From a virus (Duplodnaviria; Heunggongvirae; Uroviricota; Caudoviricetes): a stretch of DNA of 64,000 nt. The notes under the pieces were generated by a model. That model was not told where the DNA came from and did not search any database. It saw nothing but the letters and a program-made list of their open reading frames with translations. This document shows positions 18,915 through 30,355 of the stretch, piece after piece (within the stretch, counting starts at the first letter, position 1; every line of letters begins with the position of its first letter). Both the position numbers and the translations under genes were made by a program. The DNA lies in IMG/VR virus record IMGVR_UViG_646311924_000007, positions 1-64,000 of that record. One strand, written 5' to 3'.

Positions 18915-21891
18915 TATTTAGCTCCTTTGCCACACCTAATAACAGTTCCAGCAATCCGTCACCATTCATCAGTGATGCGGCAGCGGCCTCTTTGTCATGA
19001 TACAACTGAAGAGCCATAGAGAATACTTCCGTTGCTGACGTTTTGGAAATAGTCGGTGATTTCTGCCGAATTTTCCCGGAATTACTTACTGAGGCTGGCG
19101 GGTATACCTTCGCCATATAAATATTACTCAATCGAGATCTGAAGCACCATTCAGGCTTGCCACGCCCACCGATATTGACGAATGATGGCTTATCCCCTTC
19201 AACATTGGCCTTCAGGAATGACTGGGCTTTCTCTAACAAACCAGGGTTACTGTACTCAAGATGATGACCCAGCTCGTGCCACAGTGCACTTGCATTTTTA
19301 TCGTTCAAATTGACAGCAACAACACCATTTAGATTTGCATATGCCCTTCCCTGGTGGTGAACTACCTTTGATAAGGTCGATATTTTCCCGCCGGTCAGGC
19401 GATAAATATCAGCAAGTTCCTTGCGCAGGTCTATCCCACCATTCTGTCCAGCGCGGACTTCTTCCACTTCTTCTGTGATAAAAGAGTCGGCCCACTCAAG
19501 AGCTTTTTCTTCAGATACGGATGAGTTTGCGATCGCACTGTTCATGGCAGATAACACTTTCTCGTGGACCGAACCCATACTTCGCTGATTCATTTGCCAG
19601 CGTGTCTGCGGGTTATATGAGAATCGCTTAAGTAGTTGGTCAAGCTGCTCAAGTTCTTCTTCACTGACATACTTTTTAGCCTCACCAATAATGCCAGGGA
19701 GAATATTGCCGTTAGGATTAAACGCTCGCGAAAGGAAGAGTTTCAGCGCCCCCATGCCCTCCGATGCTTCAATATCACCAATAACCCGGTTAACAATGGC
19801 CGCACTCTTCGGATTAGCATCCGCCAACGCTCTGGCTACGATTTGCAGGGACGATACGACCTCACGCTGCATATCAGTCCTGATCTCATCAATAAACTCT
19901 GGCGTTATGCCGTGCTCTTTAAGGATATCCCGGCCTTCCGCCGTTACCCCATCGATATCACCGACATGTTTATTAACACGACTTTGCAATGCCTTAAATG
20001 CCTTCAGAATTCCACGGGCATCATCCGCTTTACTAACGGCCTTCCTGAATGCTGGCAAGAAGTCTGAGTTAACCTCATTTTGTTGATCGGCCCACTGAAT
20101 GGAGGCTTCCTTCATCTCGTCCAGAGTCAGATCACCCAACGCGGTATGGTCTGTGAATATGAGCGATAACCTCTGAACCATTTCTGCCAATGGTGATGCC
20201 GAATGCGCCGCGCTAAGGAATGCTTTCACCCTGGTTGGGCGAATGGAAAACCAGTCAATAGCTGGTGGCATATCTCCGTTTTTTATCGCCTGCGCTATCT
20301 CGTCAAAGCCATCGCGCCCAAGGGAGGATGCGTGATTTAACAAGCCGCGAAGTAACGAATTGCTGATACCGAATAATCGGCACCATTTTTTCACGTCGGC
20401 AACAGGCATTCGAACAAAATGCGCAAGCACTTGAACAAGCTGTTCATCCTGGGGATCTGTACGGGAAAGCAGCCTGATCAGATGAATAATGTCTTTGATG
20501 CCGGATGCCCGATGTAATAGCAAGCTGGTATATGGAGCAACACCGTTGTAACTACCGCCAGAAGCTGACTCGAAAAGACCGCCAGATATCCCTTGCATAC
20601 CTTCGTTTTCCAGTTCCTGAGATACCTGGCGAAGGATATCCTGTAACGACACATCGCCGCCGCCAAACATATCCCCGAGCGCCTGGCCCTGGTGCTGTAA
20701 CTCATCATTGATACGTTGCGCCATCAACTTAAAGGCGGTGGCCATACGCTTCGCGCTACGGTTATTCGCGACGATGAACAACGCGAGTGCTTTCACTTCC
20801 GGGGCCGTTTCGCTGAACATATCCCCCTGAGCAATAACATCGGTAATATGCTGGCCTGACTCCTTCGATTGCCTTACCAGGTCTACCGCATCTTTCAATG
20901 CCGCCAGCGCCTTTTTATCGAGGCTATCCGATGTCTCAATGCCATCAACAATAGTTGTCACAGCCTGCTTGTGCGCTTCTCCTGATAAAGCCTGCATCTG
21001 GACAAAATCATTGGCTGCCGCATTAAGCGCCGTCAGAACATTACGCATATCCGGATCAGGTTCTTCTGCAACCATCCTTACCAGGCGCGCATCCTTATAT
21101 GCCTTGGCAAAGATCGCGTTTTGTATACGGTCAACAAGTTGCCGTGTTGGTCGCCCATCTTCAGTTACAAGGCCAGCCGCCTGTGTGGCACCAACTTGCG
21201 TCATAAATCCGCGAATAAACGCGTCATTACTGCGGCTAAGCAGATCTCCGCTTTCTGACGGGTTAAAAAGCGCCATCATCGCCGGTGTTATGCTGTCGGC
21301 ATCAACAAAAGCCTTTTCACTGGCTGCCATTTCCTGAAGATCAGAAATATTTGAGTCCTTGGCAAACTGAACGCGGTCAACCTTAGTTAACCGGCGGCGC
21401 ACCAGTACCGGAGCCGTCATTGATTCAACCTTTTCAGGTCGTATGCCGAATTCGGTCGCATGATCAATCAGGTACTCACGATACCGATCCGCATTGCCGT
21501 CCTGATAGGCTTTGATGATCCCCATGGTCCGTCCATTACCTGACTCAACGGCATTGTCCTCACCAATTATCGGCGCGCCATGGCTGGATAAACCGGAATC
21601 GGTAAGCTGAGCAGGCCGCAAATCTTTGGATATCTGGTTAACCTGAAGAAGGCTGGATGCGCGGGTCCGGTCGCGCGGCTGAAGTTCCTGGGGATAGTCT
21701 GGATTAATTTTCCCATCCAGAGTATTGGATACCAAAAGAACTGAGGCATCGACGATATCAAACGCTGTTTTTACCTCGTCTCCCTTCGCTGTCACCACAT
21801 ACGAAACCCGCCCATAATCGGGCAGGTTCTTTAGCAGCTCGATCAGCGTTTCTATTCTGGTGGCCATTACCACCTGATCGCTTAAGCTCAT
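18904..21891 (-). CDS. ddrB: DdrB-like protein (995 aa)
   Basis: Large ORF downstream of darA-ddrA; contains HExxH-like WHELGHHLEY motif; synteny. Confidence 0.6.
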   Translation of the reverse strand: MSLSDQVVMATRIETLIELLKNLPDYGRVSYVVTAKGDEVKTAFDIVDASVLLVSNTLDGKINPDYPQELQPRDRTRASSLLQVNQISKDLRPAQLTDSGLSSHGAPIIGEDNAVESGNGRTMGIIKAYQDGNADRYREYLIDHATEFGIRPEKVESMTAPVLVRRRLTKVDRVQFAKDSNISDLQEMAASEKAFVDADSITPAMMALFNPSESGDLLSRSNDAFIRGFMTQVGATQAAGLVTEDGRPTRQLVDRIQNAIFAKAYKDARLVRMVAEEPDPDMRNVLTALNAAANDFVQMQALSGEAHKQAVTTIVDGIETSDSLDKKALAALKDAVDLVRQSKESGQHITDVIAQGDMFSETAPEVKALALFIVANNRSAKRMATAFKLMAQRINDELQHQGQALGDMFGGGDVSLQDILRQVSQELENEGMQGISGGLFESASGGSYNGVAPYTSLLLHRASGIKDIIHLIRLLSRTDPQDEQLVQVLAHFVRMPVADVKKWCRLFGISNSLLRGLLNHASSLGRDGFDEIAQAIKNGDMPPAIDWFSIRPTRVKAFLSAAHSASPLAEMVQRLSLIFTDHTALGDLTLDEMKEASIQWADQQNEVNSDFLPAFRKAVSKADDARGILKAFKALQSRVNKHVGDIDGVTAEGRDILKEHGITPEFIDEIRTDMQREVVSSLQIVARALADANPKSAAIVNRVIGDIEASEGMGALKLFLSRAFNPNGNILPGIIGEAKKYVSEEELEQLDQLLKRFSYNPQTRWQMNQRSMGSVHEKVLSAMNSAIANSSVSEEKALEWADSFITEEVEEVRAGQNGGIDLRKELADIYRLTGGKISTLSKVVHHQGRAYANLNGVVAVNLNDKNASALWHELGHHLEYSNPGLLEKAQSFLKANVEGDKPSFVNIGGRGKPEWCFRSRLSNIYMAKVYPPASVSNSGKIRQKSPTISKTSATEVFSMALQLYHDKEAAAASLMNGDGLLELLLGVAKELNNAD

Positions 21892-21903
21892 CCCTGTTAC
21901 GCC

Positions 21904-22269
21904 TTATGCTGCCTCTTTAATGTTGGCGGCTATCCATGCCGCCGTGTGCTGTTTAACCTGGTCCAGGTCGATGTATGTGCCAACATATTGACTCAAGTCC
22001 TGCAAGGTACCGATAAATGCATCTGTGCTCTGATCGACGAATTTATCAGCCAGGAAATCAGCAACCAGTTTTGGCACACCATCATGTACCGAAGGTTGTT
22101 TTTCCTCGCCACTACTGCCGCCGGACGCGCCGTACCCCATCTGTTGCATGATCTGGTCAATTTCATCGCTGATATCCAGCAACTCCATGCCACTCGCGGT
22201 AGCCGCTTTGGACATCAGAGCATCCAACTTATCGCTGAGATCCATTAACTCAATAGCTGATAGTGTCAT
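21904..22269 (-). CDS. ddrA: DdrA-like protein (121 aa)
   Basis: Synteny directly downstream of darA. Confidence 0.55.
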   Translation of the reverse strand: MTLSAIELMDLSDKLDALMSKAATASGMELLDISDEIDQIMQQMGYGASGGSSGEEKQPSVHDGVPKLVADFLADKFVDQSTDAFIGTLQDLSQYVGTYIDLDQVKQHTAAWIAANIKEAA

Positions 22270-24185
22270 GCCGCTACCCCCGCTTTCTGGATTGCTACCA
22301 GCAGATCAGCCAGGTGGCGAGCAGCGCCATTAACCAGCTCTTCGTTTTCCTCAAAACGTCCGGCAGCCTGAAGGGCTGCAATCGCTTCCCGGACATTGCC
22401 CCGGGCGTTACGGATCTCCGCCATGTCAGTGCTTTGCATATCCATCACGTTATTGAGATATTCAATGGCTTTATTAGCCTCTGCATCTGCTTCGCTAACC
22501 GTTTCATCAGGCTGTGCCGGGGCCGGTTCTGGCTGAGTAATCTCACCGACTTCGGCCTGCAATGCATTGATCATGCTCTGCACCATTTTCTCGGTGCCAG
22601 CGCCCCCCGGAAACGCAATATTGGGGAAAGTTTTTTGAAACTGAGTCTTCAGCATTACGCGGAACTCGTCTGGTGAGCTGGTGGCCAGCTCCAGAGCTTT
22701 TTGTGCATATTTGCCAAACGGACCATTAGTAAGTGTCTTCGCCAGGAAGTCGAAAGAATCCTCGCGAGGCAATAACTTCAGGTCGTACTCACTCATTTGC
22801 TGATCAGAAAGCGGGGTATCGTAAGTAGCAATGCCGTAGCGTGCATATTCATAATACGGGTCACCTTCATCAGGGCGCGGCAGAATTGCTTTGTTACCTT
22901 CAGGTATTGCGCCAGGGGCCGCCGGACGCATTTGCAGGGCATATCGATATGCACCTACAGAGACTTCTGGTTCAGGCGAAGAGCTACCGGTATCCTCCGC
23001 TGGTTCAGGTTCGACGTTTTCCGGTTTATGTTCTTCTGGTTGGACCAGGTATTCCGATACATTACCCGCTTTATAGGCTTTAAACAGCTTGCCGATCGCA
23101 TCTGCCATGTCCACACCCTGTATGGATTTAGCCTTGATCATGTATACGCTGCCATCCGGATCGGTTAACTGGATATACCCTTCGCCATCCCCAATGAATT
23201 GCTTCATTGATGCACCATTACTGAGCGTCGCTTCCCCGTCCATATGCATACGATTTTTGATACTGGCAAGGCGATCCGTCAGCGCGCGAGAGTGCCCACC
23301 AGTCATCCCCGCAGGAGCAATGGTATCGCGCCCACCAGTGCGATTGAGCTGATCAATCTCCGCCTGCAAACGCTCATTTTCTTGATAAAGAGAATCCGCT
23401 TCCGAAGCAACCACGTTAATTTTCTGCTCCAGATCTGCCTTCTGGCCTTCTACCGCTGCCACCTGATCCGCGAGGTCGCTCATGGCATCCTCTTTCTGGT
23501 CACTGTCAGCCTGTAGTTGGGTTATTTCATCAACCAGGGCTTTTTTCTTCTTCTGCGCACGCTGGAATTTTGCCGAGTTTTTCTCTGCAAGGTTGGCAAG
23601 TTTCATGGTGACCTGCGCCAGCGTCATATCACGTCCACTCATCGGAGCAACGGTATGAGTAACGTCTTTTTTATTCAGTAAGAACTGGAAAGCAATCAGC
23701 GTATCGCTATTGGTGATCCGGTTTTCCGCTGTCGGGCTATGAAACAGAATGCTGATAGTCTGACCATCACTGAGCGGAATAATGGCTGGCAGAACCGGCA
23801 GCCCGTTAACGTTACGCGCCCGGCCAATTTCAGCCCCGCCGATCGCGCGTGCACCGTTCTGGGCCACGTCCCCCGTTTTATCACTCCCCGCAGAGATTCC
23901 GGTACCATTCAGCTTCTGGTTCAATGCCCGGACAAATGCCTGCATGGTCCGGTGTAGCTGCAAACGAGTAGAACTAATCGCCTCCAGTAAATCCGTAGCA
24001 CACCAGTGGATCGGCGTGTCATAGAAGAACGTAGCCTCGATTTCCTCCAGGGTGTTGGATTCCGTCATCAGATAGCGGTCCTCACCGGCCATTAATGCGC
24101 GATATTCATCATCAGTCACTGGCGGGGGAAGCACGTCAAGCCCAGGCTTGATCGCCACCCCTTTATTGATATTGAACTGTTCCAT
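22266..24185 (-). CDS. darA: DarA antirestriction/head internal protein precursor (639 aa)
   Basis: Length identical to P1 DarA as recalled; synteny hdf-darA-ddrA-ddrB. Confidence 0.8.
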   Translation of the reverse strand: MEQFNINKGVAIKPGLDVLPPPVTDDEYRALMAGEDRYLMTESNTLEEIEATFFYDTPIHWCATDLLEAISSTRLQLHRTMQAFVRALNQKLNGTGISAGSDKTGDVAQNGARAIGGAEIGRARNVNGLPVLPAIIPLSDGQTISILFHSPTAENRITNSDTLIAFQFLLNKKDVTHTVAPMSGRDMTLAQVTMKLANLAEKNSAKFQRAQKKKKALVDEITQLQADSDQKEDAMSDLADQVAAVEGQKADLEQKINVVASEADSLYQENERLQAEIDQLNRTGGRDTIAPAGMTGGHSRALTDRLASIKNRMHMDGEATLSNGASMKQFIGDGEGYIQLTDPDGSVYMIKAKSIQGVDMADAIGKLFKAYKAGNVSEYLVQPEEHKPENVEPEPAEDTGSSSPEPEVSVGAYRYALQMRPAAPGAIPEGNKAILPRPDEGDPYYEYARYGIATYDTPLSDQQMSEYDLKLLPREDSFDFLAKTLTNGPFGKYAQKALELATSSPDEFRVMLKTQFQKTFPNIAFPGGAGTEKMVQSMINALQAEVGEITQPEPAPAQPDETVSEADAEANKAIEYLNNVMDMQSTDMAEIRNARGNVREAIAALQAAGRFEENEELVNGAARHLADLLVAIQKAGVAA

Positions 24186-24186
24186 G

Positions 24187-24798
24187 TTAATTTCCTGCTT
24201 TCAGTTGCTTAAGACGGCGTTTGAGTTCGCCATTTCGGGCCTTTTCGTTATTGAGTCGGCCTGTCTCCTTATCCAGCTTCGCCCGCAAATCAGTGATCTG
24301 CTGTTGATTGAAAGACACCGAGTTCTGCGCTGATTTATAAGCGGCAACCACCTGAGCATTCCGCTGTTTTGCCTCTTGCAGGCGCTGAAAGTTGGATTTT
24401 ACTGCCGGTTTCTTGTCTACCGGATTGGCAACACGTTTCGCTTTGGCGATCAGTGATTTCTGGAATTTTGCGGAGTTTTTGCGGGCCGCTTGCCCCATGA
24501 CGGTACCAAGCGTCTTGATATCCGGCGACTGAGCGTTAGGAATAGCTTTTCCATTCAGCCTCACAGACGATATATCGCCAGTATCGTTTACCTGTATGGC
24601 AAGAATTTGTCCGTCGTTAAGAACCAGCTTTGCGGTTTTAACTTTAACGCCATCTTTCGTTGTTGCGCGGTTGCTGGAGTCAACCTCAATTACCGTAACA
24701 CCGGTTTTATTGATCGCCGCGATAAGGGATTTCAGCCCCTTTTCATTAACCTGGTCAAAATCGACCGTTGCATACTTATTTTTCGTCATCTGACACAT
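24187..24798 (-). CDS. hdf: Hdf-like protein (203 aa)
   Basis: Synteny upstream of darA. Confidence 0.55.
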   Translation of the reverse strand: MCQMTKNKYATVDFDQVNEKGLKSLIAAINKTGVTVIEVDSSNRATTKDGVKVKTAKLVLNDGQILAIQVNDTGDISSVRLNGKAIPNAQSPDIKTLGTVMGQAARKNSAKFQKSLIAKAKRVANPVDKKPAVKSNFQRLQEAKQRNAQVVAAYKSAQNSVSFNQQQITDLRAKLDKETGRLNNEKARNGELKRRLKQLKAGN

Positions 24799-25219
24799 CC
24801 TGTGCGAGATTTATTACGTAACTTCTGCGGATTTGCTGAGTAACAGGGAAAATCCGATACAACGGGTTAATGAACGAGTCGCCATGCGTAACCATGACGT
24901 TGAAATGCCACAGCCGTTCTCCTTTACCCATATATTCAGTGGGTATGTACAACCATTCACTGTTTTCGCCCTGTTCAGCCGACGTCAGACAACGTTGTTC
25001 GCCTTCAATCACTGTCGTTGGCTTCTGAACATCGCGGATCCAATATCTGACCGTTGCGCCGCGCAAAAACGGGAATTTAGACCGGTATTTGAACGGCACC
25101 CGGATGAAACCCGGTTTAATTTCCACATCACCAAGTTCTAAATGCGTGATGTCCTTGCGTTTTAGCAAATAGCGATCGGCTAAGGCTAACGCAAGAGCGC
25201 ATACACCCCAGCCAATCAT
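24776..25219 (-). CDS. lydB: LydB-like antiholin (147 aa)
   Basis: Synteny downstream of the holin gene. Confidence 0.55.
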   Translation of the reverse strand: MIGWGVCALALALADRYLLKRKDITHLELGDVEIKPGFIRVPFKYRSKFPFLRGATVRYWIRDVQKPTTVIEGEQRCLTSAEQGENSEWLYIPTEYMGKGERLWHFNVMVTHGDSFINPLYRIFPVTQQIRRSYVINLAQDVSDDEK

Positions 25220-25545
25220 TTCCCACCTCCCTTTTTCACCAAACTTGTAAGAACATTCAGAATGCTATCGATATTCACTCGTTTCATCCCTGAAATCACC
25301 TCATGACCGTTATTGCTGGCTATCGTTACCATTAAGTACGTAATTGATAACTCCCAGCCCTCGTGTTGCCCCAATAGGTACGCCACCGCGCCAGCTGTCA
25401 CTGCAACAAAGATCTCCGTAACCAATCCCAACAAATTGCCAGACTGGCGACCGTCTCGGACATCCATCAGGAACGTGCCTATCCCACCAATTACTGAAAG
25501 CAGGAGCGCAATAGCAACTGGAGCTAATTCCTGTGTGTCAAGCAC
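25216..25545 (-). CDS. lydA: LydA-like holin (109 aa)
   Basis: Small protein with hydrophobic segments (LAPVAIALLLSVIGGIGTFLM; IFVAVTAGAVAYLLG); synteny. Confidence 0.65.
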   Translation of the reverse strand: MLDTQELAPVAIALLLSVIGGIGTFLMDVRDGRQSGNLLGLVTEIFVAVTAGAVAYLLGQHEGWELSITYLMVTIASNNGHEVISGMKRVNIDSILNVLTSLVKKGGGK

Positions 25546-26300
25546 AAGTTCCCTCCTACGTTGTCAGGAGGTAATGGTATGCAAAGTAACTTCTCAACCG
25601 GTCATGCAAAGACAACAAGCGGAAAAAGAAAAGCAAAGCCTGCTACAGCTCGTCAGGGATAAAACTCAGCTCTGGGACTCACAGTTACGGCTAGGCATTA
25701 TTTCCGTTCAGGGTAAACAAAAATTAACCGAGTGGATTCTCTATGCGCAGAAAGTCGAATCCACGGATACCTCCATCCTTCCAGTAACGTTTCCCGAAAA
25801 GCCGGAATGAGGAAAGGCCCGGAATCGGGCCTTAATTAATATCTATAAGCTCAACAAATAAGAGCTAACAATTTTGTTAATTTCCTCTGGAAATAATGCA
25901 TTGTGCTTATATATACCTGAAGCTATATTAAAGAGCGTCATGTAAAAAATAAACCAATCAATTAAATCTATTTTCAACAAACAAGTCAAAATTTTTAACA
26001 GATATGTATAGAAATGGCAAGCCATAAATTAATAATGACATCCTTAATAAGTCTAAAGAAACACTAAATAGATAAAATATAAATTATTACATCCAAAAAT
26101 ATAGAAAGTGTTGGCAATCTTGCAACTCATTATCAATACAATATTGACATCCCTTTAGCGCTCAGTTTAAAATTAACATTTGTGTTTACATTGTGCGTTG
26201 ATTTAGTTTAGCAGGAACGCAGTAACACACTGATGATTATTGTTTTAATTATAATGTCAATATATAAACATAGAAACCAAAAAATATAGGCAGTTGCAAT

Positions 26301-26873
26301 ATGTTATGTTACTTAATAGCTATTCACTTTGTCATCTTCGGGAATTCAAAAGCTCTATTGAGCTACTGGATGGCTGAAATCATCAGGCGTGAAAAAATGG
26401 ATGTTTGGCGACTATTAAGAGAGAAGAAGCAGCGCAATCGGAATTTCCTTTTCTGGTGGAGACTGGCTAATGAAATGTATATTAATGGCAATAAATTACA
26501 TAAGAAAGCAGCCAGAAAGTTAAACAATAATATAATTAACAGATTTGGTTGCGAAATTGGATTGGGCGCAAATATTGGAAAAGGTTTAACAATTCCCCAT
26601 CATACTGGAATTGTTGTTCATTTTGCTGTTGATGCTGGTGAAAATCTGGTTTTGCGACAGAATACTACCATTGGACAGGTAGATGGTGACATGCCTGGTT
26701 CAAGAGTAAAAATTGGTAATAACGTTGATATCGGAGCTAATTGTTGCATCATTGGATTATCACGTAAAATTGGGGATAATGTAAAAATAGGTGCAATGTC
26801 TTTTATAAATAAAGATATACCATCGAACTGCACATATATAACAAAAAAGAGCGGTGTTGTATTGTATAAATAG
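26301..26873 (+). CDS. hexapeptide-repeat acetyltransferase, serine-acetyltransferase/WcaB-like (190 aa; start may be 26370 or 26397)
   Basis: Left-handed beta-helix repeats (IGLGANIGKGLTI, IGNNVDIGANCCI, IGDNVKIGAMSFI); low GC. Confidence 0.7.
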   Translation: MLCYLIAIHFVIFGNSKALLSYWMAEIIRREKMDVWRLLREKKQRNRNFLFWWRLANEMYINGNKLHKKAARKLNNNIINRFGCEIGLGANIGKGLTIPHHTGIVVHFAVDAGENLVLRQNTTIGQVDGDMPGSRVKIGNNVDIGANCCIIGLSRKIGDNVKIGAMSFINKDIPSNCTYITKKSGVVLYK

Positions 26874-26881
26874 AGTACATG

Positions 26882-26920
26882 AAGCCATCAATATTTCTAT
26901 CGATGGCTTTATCCTTTTAT
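26882..26920 (+). terminator. terminator AAGCCATC...GATGGCTT plus U-run
   Basis: 8-bp stem and TTTATCCTTTTATT directly after the acetyltransferase stop. Confidence 0.65.
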
Positions 26921-27495
26921 TGCGGGGCGACTGGCCACTCAACATCCGATGCTACTGTTGTATCAACACGATTCAACAATACCCGATATGTCTTCCATGC
27001 AGTCAGTAACGATGCCTCTTCCTCCGTCGCAATATCCAAATCTACGGCATCCTGAAGTGGCGCAATATGCTCACTGGCCATCTGCATCAGGCTGTTTTTT
27101 GTTTCTTCCGCCTTCCGGATCCGGAACAGTTTTTCTGCTTCTGCATCTTTCACCCAGGCTGTGCCGTTCCACTTCTGAAACTCCCCTTCCGGGGATAACC
27201 AGGTGACATTTTCCGGTAATGGGCCAAGTTCAGAAATAAATAACGCGTCGCCGGAAGCCACGTCATAGACGGTTTTTCCCCGATGGTCTTCAACGAGATT
27301 CCACGATGCCTCATCACTGTTGAAAACGGCCACGAAGCCAGCCGGAATATCTGGCGGGGCAATATCGGTACTGTTTGCAGGCAGACCTGTATGAGGTGGA
27401 ATGTATGCATCACCTTCACCAATAAACTCATTGGTTCCGGTCAGTAGATTATAAATTTTTATGGTCCGTGATTGTTCACTCATTCTGAATGTCAT
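26917..27495 (-). CDS. U: tail fibre assembly protein (192 aa)
   Basis: Start overlaps the tail fibre stop (TAATG); typical Tfa size and position. Confidence 0.75.
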   Translation of the reverse strand: MTFRMSEQSRTIKIYNLLTGTNEFIGEGDAYIPPHTGLPANSTDIAPPDIPAGFVAVFNSDEASWNLVEDHRGKTVYDVASGDALFISELGPLPENVTWLSPEGEFQKWNGTAWVKDAEAEKLFRIRKAEETKNSLMQMASEHIAPLQDAVDLDIATEEEASLLTAWKTYRVLLNRVDTTVASDVEWPVAPQ

Positions 27496-30344
27496 TATGC
27501 AAGCCTCACAATATAGTTAAATGCGATGTTTTTTACGGTGTTTTCTTCGTTACCCGTAGCGTTAACGGTGATGGTGTGTCCGTGGGGACCAATAATGACA
27601 GAATGGGCATGAGCACCAATGCCGATAGTGTGGTTATGGGCACCGATATATACATTGTGAGCATGCCCGCCTGCGCTCGACGTGGTACCAGTACCTAACG
27701 CAGCGTTAAAACCGGCTGATACACCATTCCCCGCGCCAGTGTGACCAACAGGTATATTGTGTGAATGATTTCCAGCGCTATTCGTAGTTTTTGTGCCGTA
27801 ATCAAATGAACTGGTCGTTTTAGTACCGTAATCAAACGACGATGTGGTTTTCGTCCCCAAATCCGTACTGGATGCGCTGGCGCTGTGGGTGTGCGATTTA
27901 ATGCCGTCCTGTTCCTGAGACAATACGGCACGACCACTGCCGGGCTTGCCCTTAATCGTCCAGCCACGCATATCAGGAATAACGCCTGACGGATAAGCCG
28001 CTGCAAGTTTCGGGTATGCAGATTTGTCAAAAGTCTGCCCCTGCATCAGGGCATAACCAGACGGAACGGTATCTGATGGCCACGGGATTGGTGCGCCGAC
28101 TGGGTAGCTTTCTGGTGGAAGATTTTTCGAGGTATAAACTTCTGCCCAGTCTTCCTCAAAACCATAACCGTCTCTTGAAGAACGGTAGAACAGACCACCA
28201 TTTCTGTAATGCGCCTTCATCTGCAAGGTCGGGCAACTTCCGACTCCGGTATAGAAGTTAACCAGAATATAGCTGTCGGCAGAGCGAATGACATTGTAAG
28301 CGCCTGATTCGGCATTCCAGGGAACGCCCCCATCCGCATCGGCATACGTATCCGTTGCTCTTCTGGCAAAAGCAGCAACATGCGCAGCGGTTAAAGTGAT
28401 ATCAGTAGAACCATCAAACGAGACGCCATTGATAGTACATGCTGTCTGCAACTTGGTCGCTGTAGCCGCATTACCAGAGGTGTCCTGATCCCCTTTGGCA
28501 TTGACGCCGGGAATTGAATCTTTTGACGTATAGACCTGCGCCCATTCAGACCAGTTGGCAGAATCAGTATCACGCCGCGAACGGATATGTACGGGCGCAT
28601 GGTCACCGCTCGTGCCACTCCAGCCAATGAATAACTCACCTTCGCCAGCAGCGGTGGCACCTTTAAGGTGAAGCACATTGCCATAGGTGGAAGGGTAGCC
28701 ATTGTTGTATGCCTCATACAGCTGAATCCCGGATGTTCCCTGTGCATTCGCCTCTAGGGCCGTTACGCGACCGCGAGATACCAGAGTATTGATATTAATG
28801 TCAGCCGAACCATCGAATCTGACGCCATTAATGTTTATGGCTGTTTTTAATTTCGTCGCGGTGTCGGCGTTCCCTGTCAGCGCCCCGGTGATCCCACCGT
28901 TGAAAGTCTGGCGTGCACTCCATTTGTTAGCCGTGCTCAACAGGGGGATCTTTTCACCGCTTGTGCCAAGTTCTCTTAAATCAAGGTATTGGATAACAGC
29001 AAGGACGCTTGTTTTGGCCAGAATATCGCGACCGACTGACGTTAAGTCAGTCTGAGAAATAGTGTCTGTACCGGTAAAGTACGGCAATTTATTTGCGCCT
29101 GTAGCAAGACCAGCAAGCGCGGTTAAAGTTGCATCCAGAGGCTGTTTGCCTGCCAGCGCATTTGTCATTGTTGTCGCAAAGTTCGGGTCATTACCAAGTG
29201 CTGCGGCAAGCTCATTCAGGGTATCAAGAGCTTCTGGTGATGAACCAACCAATGCGGATATGGCAGCTCTTACATAAGCGGTCGTAGCAATCTGCGTGTT
29301 ATTCGTACCCTGTGCAGCGGTAGGCGCAGTAGGTATTCCCGTTAATGCAGGACTTGCTAAAGGAGCTTTAAGAGCCAGAGCATTGTTGATAGTTGTGCTG
29401 AAATTCGGGTCGTTATTGATCGCAGCAGCTATTTCTTTAAGCGTATCCAGTGTGCCAGGTGCACCGTTGATAAGTGCCGTTATAGCTGCCTTAACAAAGG
29501 CTGTATTTGCGATCTGCGTGCTATTTGTACCTTGCGCTGCCGTCGGCGCGGTTGGCGTTCCTGTCAGACTCGGGCTTTCTATTGGCGCTTTGGTATCAGC
29601 AAGATCTTTTACAGACTTAACGGCTTTAGGGGTAGCCGCCATTGTTTCGCTGTCGCTGTTAGTTTCGCTACTGAGCTGAACTAATCCCTTTTGCGTTGTG
29701 CTTGCATCCTGCGCCGTATACTTACTGTTCGCCAGATCGTAGGCTTTTTTAACTGCCAGCGAACTTGCAGCAACATCACTTCTGCTACTGGTTACAGAGT
29801 CTGAAATATCAATGCCGATCGTGCGGTTAATACGCTCGGATGTATCAATCATCTCCTGGGTAATGGCTGATACTCCAGCAGGGATATTCACCGTACAAAC
29901 AAGCAGCTCCCCATCTCCTAACTGATATGAATCGGTATAGGTTCTGGTAACAAATTCAGCCGCATGAATATGTGACGCGGTATTAACCTGATAGGTATCC
30001 TCTCCAAGGAGGTATCTTCCCTTCAGCACAATTGCATATTTCTTGCCTGCACTAAGTGCAAGAGGAATATCCGTACATTGCTGAATAGTTACCTGGTAGA
30101 ATTCACCAATATCCACCGACGCCGCGCCTGCGGTTTTATCTCCATCCACTGAGGTGATTAACAGGTTCATCCCACCGCCAGGCTTAGGTAAGAAACCGGC
30201 ATAAAATCCCGGGTCAACAATCCCCCTGAATTTTCGGTTTAGCGCGGCTGACAGATATGGTTCGTGGTATTGCACATCAGCAACCAGAGCCAACGACTCG
30301 GGTGATGGGTAAGTAACCGATGTAACAACTGTAACGTCATTCAT
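27495..30344 (-). CDS. S: tail fibre protein (949 aa from MNDVTVV) with C-terminal His-rich GxHxH repeats
   Basis: Long fibrous ORF with Ala/Thr-rich repeats and HSHNIPVGH / [32 protein letters not shown] motifs; synteny R-S-U. Confidence 0.8.
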   Translation of the reverse strand: MNDVTVVTSVTYPSPESLALVADVQYHEPYLSAALNRKFRGIVDPGFYAGFLPKPGGGMNLLITSVDGDKTAGAASVDIGEFYQVTIQQCTDIPLALSAGKKYAIVLKGRYLLGEDTYQVNTASHIHAAEFVTRTYTDSYQLGDGELLVCTVNIPAGVSAITQEMIDTSERINRTIGIDISDSVTSSRSDVAASSLAVKKAYDLANSKYTAQDASTTQKGLVQLSSETNSDSETMAATPKAVKSVKDLADTKAPIESPSLTGTPTAPTAAQGTNSTQIANTAFVKAAITALINGAPGTLDTLKEIAAAINNDPNFSTTINNALALKAPLASPALTGIPTAPTAAQGTNNTQIATTAYVRAAISALVGSSPEALDTLNELAAALGNDPNFATTMTNALAGKQPLDATLTALAGLATGANKLPYFTGTDTISQTDLTSVGRDILAKTSVLAVIQYLDLRELGTSGEKIPLLSTANKWSARQTFNGGITGALTGNADTATKLKTAININGVRFDGSADININTLVSRGRVTALEANAQGTSGIQLYEAYNNGYPSTYGNVLHLKGATAAGEGELFIGWSGTSGDHAPVHIRSRRDTDSANWSEWAQVYTSKDSIPGVNAKGDQDTSGNAATATKLQTACTINGVSFDGSTDITLTAAHVAAFARRATDTYADADGGVPWNAESGAYNVIRSADSYILVNFYTGVGSCPTLQMKAHYRNGGLFYRSSRDGYGFEEDWAEVYTSKNLPPESYPVGAPIPWPSDTVPSGYALMQGQTFDKSAYPKLAAAYPSGVIPDMRGWTIKGKPGSGRAVLSQEQDGIKSHTHSASASSTDLGTKTTSSFDYGTKTTSSFDYGTKTTNSAGNHSHNIPVGHTGAGNGVSAGFNAALGTGTTSSAGGHAHNVYIGAHNHTIGIGAHAHSVIIGPHGHTITVNATGNEENTVKNIAFNYIVRLA

Positions 30345-30355
30345 CAAGCATATCC

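Noticed and set aside
19636-20086. Two overlapping plus-strand ORFs (143 and 131 aa) inside ddrB
   Set aside because: Antisense to a long coding gene, mutually overlapping, no translation signals.
25313-25810. 165-aa plus-strand ORF overlapping lydA
   Set aside because: Overlaps the holin gene on the opposite strand and runs into non-coding AT-rich DNA; no RBS; Ser/Pro/Arg-rich composition typical of antisense translation.
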